Source: Acinetobacter wanghuae (GTDB taxonomy: Bacteria; Pseudomonadota; Gammaproteobacteria; Pseudomonadales; Moraxellaceae). Taken from it: a DNA stretch of 32,000 bases. This document shows positions 26,212 to 32,000 of the stretch, one piece after another; positions within the stretch are counted from its first letter, which is position 1, and each line of letters opens with the position of its first letter. Position numbers and translations under genes: made by a program. Location: contig NZ_CP045650.1 of NCBI RefSeq assembly GCF_009557235.1, forward strand, positions 330,001-362,000, given 5' to 3'. The notes beneath the pieces were generated by a model. The model was not told the origin of the DNA and did not search any database. It saw only the letters and a program-made list of their open reading frames with translations.

Positions 26212-27234
26212 ATGATTGAAAACCCTTCATCACTTGTCTTAAATGATGGCACATCAGAGAACAAGTATGAGGGGACAGTCGTGCAAGCCGTTTATTTAGA
26301 TTATGCGTCTTTAAATCAAAATGACTTAGATTTTAAAGCACTTCACGCTGCTTTTGAGCAATTACAGTTATATCCAACGACTCATCCTCAGGACGTGCTC
26401 GCTCGAGTCTGTGATGTTGATGTCATCATGACCAATAAAGTCGTGATTGACGCTGCCACTATTCAACAATGCCCACACCTTAAATTGATTTTGATCTCGG
26501 CTACAGGTACCAATAATGTTGACCTTACTGCGGCAAAAGCGCGTGGCATTGTGGTATGTAATTGTCAGGCGTATGGCACCTCTGCAGTCGCACAGCATAC
26601 TTTAATGCTGATGCTGAATTTAGCGACCTCATTTGTGTCGTATCAAAAAGACATTCAGGCAGGAAAATGGCAAAACGCCACGCAATTTTGTTTGCTTGAT
26701 GCCCCGATTGTGGAACTTGCCGGCAAGACTTTGGGCATTGTTGGCTATGGCGAACTCGGGCGCGCCGTGGCAAAACTCGCTGAAGCGTTTGGGATGAAGG
26801 TTTTAGTGGGCAATCTACCGAATCGACCTAGTGATGCTTCGCGTGTGCCATTTGCTGAGCTTTTATCTCAAGTTGATTTTTTAAGTTTGCATTGTCCTTT
26901 GACTGAAGACACAAAACATCTGATGAGTACGGCTGAATTCGAAGCTATGAAACCGAGTGCATTTTTAATTAACTGCGCGCGTGGTGGTATTGTCGATGAA
27001 GTCGCTTTAGTCAATGCACTACGAAGTGGGCAAATTGCCGGTGCAGCCACCGATGTTTTAACAGTTGAACCACCAACCGCAGGCAATGTCTTACTCGATG
27101 CATCCATTCCAAACTTAATTGTGACACCGCATAATGCATGGGGAAGTAGCGATGCGCGGCAACGTATTGTGAATCAGATGCTTGAAAATGTAGACGCATT
27201 TAAAGCAGGGCAGCCGATTCGTCAGGTGAACTAA
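26212..27234 (+). CDS. D-isomer-specific 2-hydroxyacid dehydrogenase (glycerate dehydrogenase/hydroxypyruvate reductase-like)
   Basis: NAD fold GIVGYGELGRAVAKLA, catalytic region NCARGG..DE.AL and TPH.AW. A GTG at 26281 with a GAGGGG SD would give a more typical protein of about 317 aa. Confidence 0.9.
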   Translation: MIENPSSLVLNDGTSENKYEGTVVQAVYLDYASLNQNDLDFKALHAAFEQLQLYPTTHPQDVLARVCDVDVIMTNKVVIDAATIQQCPHLKLILISATGTNNVDLTAAKARGIVVCNCQAYGTSAVAQHTLMLMLNLATSFVSYQKDIQAGKWQNATQFCLLDAPIVELAGKTLGIVGYGELGRAVAKLAEAFGMKVLVGNLPNRPSDASRVPFAELLSQVDFLSLHCPLTEDTKHLMSTAEFEAMKPSAFLINCARGGIVDEVALVNALRSGQIAGAATDVLTVEPPTAGNVLLDASIPNLIVTPHNAWGSSDARQRIVNQMLENVDAFKAGQPIRQVN

Positions 27235-27245
27235 AATTTGAAAGA

Positions 27246-27272
27246 AGAAAAAGCCCGTCATGGGCTTTTTTT
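27246..27272. terminator. Bidirectional terminator (dehydrogenase / secreted-protein gene)
   Basis: aaaaa-gccc-gtcat-gggc-ttttttt. The T-run overlaps the stop codon of the minus-strand gene. Confidence 0.75.
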
Positions 27273-27765
27273 ATAAATCAGTCACCGCGTAACTGGTTGC
27301 ACCAGAACTTTGTCCTGCATTTTGCTGCGGTGTTACATTTTGCGTTGCACTTGAAGGTTCACTCAACGGTTGAGAGACAATTGGTGCAGACTCGGTCGAT
27401 TTGCCTGTGATCACTTCTTTGGTGTCTTGAATTTTTTGATTGGCTTGCTTGGTGACATTTTGCATGCCTTGGTCGACTTGTTGAATGGTGTCAGACGTCG
27501 CTGATTTTGTATTGCCCCAAACACGATCGACACTCGGTTTCACTTTTGAAATGCCTTTTCCTGCCAATTCATCGACTTTTTCCACGCCGTTGATCACGCC
27601 TTGCTGCGCTTTATAGCCAAATACATGGAAGATATTCGGATTATCGCCGTAGGGTTTAATTGGGGTTGATGCTTTCGTTTGCGATGGTGTTTCCGCACTT
27701 TGCGCCAAAGTTGGCAAAGCGAAAAGCAGGGCGCTGCTTAAAATGAGTATTTTTTTAATGGTCAT
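27271..27765 (-). CDS. Hypothetical secreted low-complexity (Q/S/T/K-rich) protein
   Basis: The Met at 27765 has a GAGG SD. The signal peptide is MTIKKILILSSALLFALPTLAQS/AE. The ORF track extends to 27837. Confidence 0.65.
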   Translation of the reverse strand: MTIKKILILSSALLFALPTLAQSAETPSQTKASTPIKPYGDNPNIFHVFGYKAQQGVINGVEKVDELAGKGISKVKPSVDRVWGNTKSATSDTIQQVDQGMQNVTKQANQKIQDTKEVITGKSTESAPIVSQPLSEPSSATQNVTPQQNAGQSSGATSYAVTDL

Positions 27766-27922
27766 ATTGCTATACCTCAAAGGATGTTTATCCATCTTGT
27801 TTGACTTTGAGTGTAGCGAGCAATGATGTAAAAACAAAGGATTTGCTGAGCTGTTTTCTGATGGTTTGGGTTGTTTTAAAAGGTTTAATCGGCTTAAAAA
27901 CAGAAAGTGTTTAATTTTAGGT

Positions 27923-27956
27923 AAAAGAAAGCCCTAAGCTTTTAGAGACTTAGGGC
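27923..27956 (-). terminator. Rho-independent terminator of the lipoprotein gene 27964-28353
   Basis: Stem gccctaag/cttagggc. On the minus strand it is followed by tttctttt. Confidence 0.65.
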
Positions 27957-27963
27957 AAGATCT

Positions 27964-28353
27964 TTAGTCACATTGTGCAACGGCTTCTTTCGCAAACGCA
28001 TTACGCAGTGCAACGAAGTTTTTCTGTACTTCGGCATCGTAAAGGTCAAATTTTTGTGCTGAGCTTGTGCCATCACGTAGGAATGTCGCAGAGCCTGCAT
28101 CCATAATGGTTAAGCCTTTAAATGCCCATTGTTCAACCACGCGGCTGTCTTGCATTGTGCCACTAAATTCAATCACGCATTTGTCTGCAAATTTGGTCAA
28201 TTTTGCTTTGTTGTTGGTGGTTTGTGGGTAGACATCAAGGTTTTGAACGGCTTGAATTACGCCTGCTTCAACTTGTGGAATGGTTGGGGCAGATGTACAA
28301 GCTGTCAGAGCGATACCTGCAAGACCCGTCAATAGTAGAGCTTTCAATTTCAT
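27964..28353 (-). CDS. Hypothetical lipoprotein
   Basis: MKLKALLLTGLAGIALTAC with lipobox LTAC. Two further Cys residues lie in the mature part. I recognise no family. Confidence 0.75.
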   Translation of the reverse strand: MKLKALLLTGLAGIALTACTSAPTIPQVEAGVIQAVQNLDVYPQTTNNKAKLTKFADKCVIEFSGTMQDSRVVEQWAFKGLTIMDAGSATFLRDGTSSAQKFDLYDAEVQKNFVALRNAFAKEAVAQCD

Positions 28354-28552
28354 AAGATTCTTTCTTGTTGAGTGTTGTTAGGGTGAGTATAGGGAATTGC
28401 TAGGTGAATGGCTAGAGTTCTCAAGTTAAACAAGATTTCAAAAGAGCGAAATTTTAATTAGAGAAAAATTGAAATAAATAAGCACAGTTATATAGAAATT
28501 TGGTTTAAATTTAATCTATAATTTGTAACTTAAAAACTAATAAGAGTTAATC

Positions 28553-28936
28553 ATGAAAAAAATAATATCTGTAGCCCTTGTATCCGTTTTAGTCTTATCA
28601 GGATGTATGACGACTGGTAATCATATGTTAAAGAAAGAAACGGAAAGCACAGTACAGCAAAAAATTATTGAAAATAAGACGACAAAAGCTGAAATTAGAA
28701 AGATTTTCGGTTCCCCAGATAAAACGACATTTACAGATAATGGTAAAGAAATTTGGACTTATGAATTCGTAGATGTTTCGGCTGATGCGGTCAGTTATAT
28801 TCCCGTTGTGAATTGGTTTGGCAGTTCTGCTTCAGGAACAAAAAAACAATTGGTCGTGATGTTTGACGGAGAAGTCGTATACAAATATTCAATGTCAGAA
28901 GCTGAACATAAAATAAAAACAGGTGTATTTGGTTAA
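28553..28936 (+). CDS. Small lipoprotein with BamE/SmpA_OmlA-like motif
   Basis: MKKIISVALVSVLVLSGC (lipobox LSGC). The segment K.TKAEIRKIFGSPDKTTFTDNGKEIWTYEF resembles the SmpA/OmlA fold signature. Confidence 0.78.
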   Translation: MKKIISVALVSVLVLSGCMTTGNHMLKKETESTVQQKIIENKTTKAEIRKIFGSPDKTTFTDNGKEIWTYEFVDVSADAVSYIPVVNWFGSSASGTKKQLVVMFDGEVVYKYSMSEAEHKIKTGVFG

Positions 28937-28952
28937 TTCAATATTGATTAAT

Positions 28953-28980
28953 AAAAAACCCGCTTTAAAGCGGGTTTTTT
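28953..28980. terminator. Perfect 28-nt palindromic bidirectional terminator (copy A)
   Basis: aaaaaacccgctttaaagcgggtttttt, between the two convergent lipoprotein genes. Confidence 0.85.
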
Positions 28981-28998
28981 ATTAATGTATGCTGAAAA

Positions 28999-29394
28999 TT
29001 ATTGAAGTTTAATTACTTTTTCAACACGATCACTATCATCATAAGTGATTTCAAACGCAGTTTTTTTACCATCGAAAGCAGCTTCAGCAGGGGTTGCAAC
29101 AATTTCCCATAAACCAACGGTAGCTACATCCGCTAAACCGTGGAGTAAAGTACGACTCACGCGATTAGCCGTGCTATAACCTTGATTGAATGAGAACACA
29201 TCTATACGTTTTCCAGCTTTAACTTCACTTGAAATTGGAGCACCAATTTCAGCAAGAATCGCACTACGTGGCATGCCTGATGCCATAACTGAGATATCTT
29301 TTTTAGGTGGTTGTTTGGCTGCCATTACAGCAGAACAACCCACTTGAGTTAACGCAATAATAGAAAAAGTTGTAGCTAAAAGAAGTTTTTTCAT
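28999..29394 (-). CDS. Small lipoprotein, BamE/SmpA_OmlA-like motif
   Basis: The ATG at 29394 gives MKKLLLATTFSIIALTQVGCS. The segment GMPRSAILAEIGAPISSEVKAGKRIDVFSF is SmpA/OmlA-like. The ORF track uses an upstream TTG at 29418. Confidence 0.72.
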   Translation of the reverse strand: MKKLLLATTFSIIALTQVGCSAVMAAKQPPKKDISVMASGMPRSAILAEIGAPISSEVKAGKRIDVFSFNQGYSTANRVSRTLLHGLADVATVGLWEIVATPAEAAFDGKKTAFEITYDDSDRVEKVIKLQ

Positions 29395-29504
29395 ATCCCT
29401 AATACCCAAATAAAACAAAATAAAAAAATGAATTGTATAGTATTTGTATGAGAAAAAATTAATGTAAATTAAATATTTATTTTTAATTCTTATTATTGTG
29501 GAAT

Positions 29505-29533
29505 AAAAAACCCGCTCTAAAGCGGGTTTTTTT
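29505..29533. terminator. Palindromic terminator downstream of glyS (copy B, near-identical to copy A)
   Basis: aaaaaacccgctctaaagcgggttttttt, 15 nt after the glyS stop. Confidence 0.85.
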
Positions 29534-29547
29534 ATCAGCTAAATTTC

Positions 29548-31617
29548 TTAGTGCTGTAACACTGAAATATCGGCCACTTTCGTAAACAAATCACGAAGCT
29601 GAGCAAGCATACGTAAACGGTTTGCTTTTAGGTTAGCATCATCAGCCATGACCATTACACTGTCAAAGAACGCATCAACAGGCGCACGTAGCGCAGCTAA
29701 AGCAGACAATGCAGCAGTGTAGTCTTTCGCAGCAAATAACGGCTCAACCACTGGTGTAACTTTCGCAAGTTCAGCGAACAATGCTTTTTCAGCATCTTCA
29801 ACTAAGTTTGCTTCAACCACATCACCTTCAGGTGCAGCTTCTTTGGCAAGAATATTCGCAACACGCTTGTTGGCAGCAGCAAGAGCGGCAGCTTCAGGTA
29901 AGTCACGGAAGTGATTCACCGCATTCACACGCTTATCAAAATCAAGTGGAGATTTTGGTGACAACGCTTGAACCGCTTGAATCACATCAACTGCAACGCC
30001 TTGGTCTTCGTATTTCGCACGGTAACGACCTTCAAGGAATGCAACCGCATCCGCCAAAGTCTTGTCGTGATCTTTAATTACATCGCCATAAGCAGCAAGT
30101 GCAAGTTTGATCAAATCTTCGATTGAAACATCAAGCTCGTTTTCAGTCACAAGACGCAAAATACCAATGGCAGAACGACGAAGTGCAAACGGGTCTTTCG
30201 AACCTGTAGGCGCTTGACCAATACCAAAAATACCAGTCAACGTATCTAAACGATCCGCAAGGGCAACCGCAGTACCTGTTTTGGTTTTTGGTAAAACGTC
30301 ACCTGCGAATTTAGGTAAATACTGCTCACCTAAAGCCTCAGAAACTTCATCATTTTCGCCTTCAAGACGTGCGTAGTAAGTACCTGCAATCCCTTGAAGT
30401 TCAGGGAATTCACCCACTAATTCAGAAGTTAAGTCACATTTTGCAAGCAGGGCAGCTTTTTCAGCGTCTTCCGCTTTAGCACCTGTGATTTTGGCAAGTT
30501 CAACAGCCAATTTCGCAATACGTTGTGATTTATCCCACAATGTACCCAATTGTGCTTGGAACACCATGTTTGCCAATTTCTCTTTACGCGATGCAAGCGG
30601 TTGCTTTTGATCTTGTAGGAAGAAGAATTCAGCATCCGACAAACGTGGACGAACCACTTTCTCGTTACCTTCAATAATTTGTGTCGGATCTTTCGACTCA
30701 ATGTTTGACACAGTAATGAAGTATGGTTGAAGTTTATTGTCGCTGTTCACTAAGCAGAAGTACTTTTGGTTGTCCTGCATGGTGGTAATTAACGCTTCTT
30801 GCGGTACAGCAAGGAAACGTTCTTCGAAGCTGGCACGAAGTGCAACAGGCCATTCAACCAAGGCAGATACTTCATCACGAAGATCCGCAGGCACGATTGC
30901 AATGGCATTGACTTCATCAGCAAGCGCTTTGACTTGTTGGTCAATCATCGCTTGGCGTTCTTCAAAAGATGCCACAACGTGCGCTGCTTTAAGCTTGCTT
31001 AAGTATTCGTCTGCATGCGTTAACGTAATCGCTTCAGGTGCATGGAAACGGTGACCATAAGTCACGTTACCTGCTTTATGATCTTGAATCGTTGCATCAA
31101 TGACAGCATTGTCTTTTAGCAATACCACCCATTTTACAGGACGTACGAATTCAGTACGGCTTGCCGCAGAACGCATACGTTTAGCGATTGGCAGGTTGTC
31201 TAAAGCTGCTTGTAAAATTTGCGGTAAAAGCACATCAAGGCTTTGACCTTTGACATCTTTTAAGTAGCAAACTTTTTCAACTTTACCCGCTTGGAACGTT
31301 GAAACTTGATCAACCGTAATGCCTTGACCACGCATAAAACCTTCAAGAGCGCGTGTTGGTTTGCCTTCCGCATCAAACGCAGCTTGTTTAGCAGGACCAT
31401 CAAAACGTTTTTGTGTGTCTGCTTGTGCGCCATCTACATTGACAATTTTAAGTGCAAGACGACGTGGTGCTGCATAGGCTTCGATGCTATCGAAAGTTAA
31501 GCCTGCATCTTTTAAGCCTTTTGCTGTTTCAGCATGTAAAGCATCACGTAATTTTTTTAAGCTTTTTGGTGGAAGTTCTTCACAGCCTAATTCGAACAAT
31601 ACTGTATGTTTAGACAT
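29548..31617 (-). CDS. glyS: Glycine--tRNA ligase beta subunit
   Basis: 689 aa with the N-terminus [12 protein letters not shown] and full-length GlyS architecture. Its start overlaps the glyQ stop (TAATG). Confidence 0.97.
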   Translation of the reverse strand: MSKHTVLFELGCEELPPKSLKKLRDALHAETAKGLKDAGLTFDSIEAYAAPRRLALKIVNVDGAQADTQKRFDGPAKQAAFDAEGKPTRALEGFMRGQGITVDQVSTFQAGKVEKVCYLKDVKGQSLDVLLPQILQAALDNLPIAKRMRSAASRTEFVRPVKWVVLLKDNAVIDATIQDHKAGNVTYGHRFHAPEAITLTHADEYLSKLKAAHVVASFEERQAMIDQQVKALADEVNAIAIVPADLRDEVSALVEWPVALRASFEERFLAVPQEALITTMQDNQKYFCLVNSDNKLQPYFITVSNIESKDPTQIIEGNEKVVRPRLSDAEFFFLQDQKQPLASRKEKLANMVFQAQLGTLWDKSQRIAKLAVELAKITGAKAEDAEKAALLAKCDLTSELVGEFPELQGIAGTYYARLEGENDEVSEALGEQYLPKFAGDVLPKTKTGTAVALADRLDTLTGIFGIGQAPTGSKDPFALRRSAIGILRLVTENELDVSIEDLIKLALAAYGDVIKDHDKTLADAVAFLEGRYRAKYEDQGVAVDVIQAVQALSPKSPLDFDKRVNAVNHFRDLPEAAALAAANKRVANILAKEAAPEGDVVEANLVEDAEKALFAELAKVTPVVEPLFAAKDYTAALSALAALRAPVDAFFDSVMVMADDANLKANRLRMLAQLRDLFTKVADISVLQH

Positions 31618-32000
31618 TATTTGCTCTCCTTAGATTCAACTTTTGCTTCGGCTTCAACTTGTGCTTTTAATTGCGCTAACACTTCGTCACGTAGCTCAGG
31701 TTCTGCCATAGGGAAGCCAAGCTTCGCACGTGCAGCCACATAACTTTGCGCAATCGCACGCGCCAAAGTACGTACACGTAGAATATAACGTTGACGTTCA
31801 GTCACCGAAATTGCACCACGCGCATCAAGTAAGTTAAAGCTGTGTGATGCTTTAATCACTTGCTCATACGCAGGCAGTGGAAGTTCAGCGTCAATCAAAC
31901 GCGTTGCTTCAGCTTCGTAGAAGTCGAACAATTCAAACATTTTTTCAACGTTGGCATATTCGAAGTTATAGGTCGATTGTTCCACTTCATTTTGATGGAA
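31617..32000 (-). CDS. glyQ: Glycine--tRNA ligase alpha subunit, 5-prime part beyond the window edge
   Basis: The frame is open to the window end. The C-terminal GlyQ sequence is present (..[26 protein letters not shown]..). Confidence 0.95.
   Translation of the reverse strand, partial: FHQNEVEQSTYNFEYANVEKMFELFDFYEAEATRLIDAELPLPAYEQVIKASHSFNLLDARGAISVTERQRYILRVRTLARAIAQSYVAARAKLGFPMAEPELRDEVLAQLKAQVEAEAKVESKESK

Noticed and set aside
1-32000. CRISPR arrays, tRNA/rRNA genes, prophage or integrase genes, and canonical defence systems
   Set aside because: Reading all intergenic regions turned up no direct-repeat/spacer periodicity, no cloverleaf-like GC-rich segments, and no integrase, restriction, Cas or nuclease-helicase ORFs. 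The absence is based on visual inspection only; tRNAscan, Infernal and DefenseFinder would confirm it.

Overview
This looks like an Acinetobacter/Moraxellaceae chromosomal segment. That is inferred from the protein sequences, the roughly 40% GC content and the A-tract/hairpin/T-tract terminators.

Gene order:
- 1-22 kb is mostly housekeeping: pnp (3' part), ydcH-like, cbpM-like, hslO, a CPA2 K+/H+ antiporter, priA, gspF-gspG, a small membrane ORF, lnt-corC, tusA, ETF-ubiquinone oxidoreductase, DUF1285, murI, a DUF4062-type protein, hemH, gloC/ycbL, yacG, and a TrmB-like methyltransferase followed by an HI0933/TIGR03862-type flavoprotein.
- 22.0-29.5 kb looks more accessory. It holds an intact IS30-family insertion sequence (1048 bp, imperfect 27-bp IRs, 3-bp TTC target duplication), a methyltransferase-lipoprotein operon, an orphan two-domain alpha/beta-hydrolase-like protein, a small membrane protein with a 2-hydroxyacid dehydrogenase, and four small exported proteins or lipoproteins.
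- The window ends with glyS and the 3' part of glyQ.

I found no rRNA, tRNA, CRISPR array, prophage module, or canonical defence or toxin-antitoxin cassette. I cannot demonstrate a multi-gene novel system from sequence alone.

The best leads for undescribed biology are:
1. The single-gene DUF4062 (TIR/deoxyribosyltransferase-like) + coiled-coil + unknown C-terminal domain protein between murI and hemH, with a perfect 16-bp palindrome upstream.
2. The orphan 423-aa hydrolase-like protein next to the IS.
3. The AT-rich lipoprotein islet beside glyS, bracketed by a duplicated palindromic terminator.
4. A triple-hairpin REP-like cluster in the lnt 3' region.
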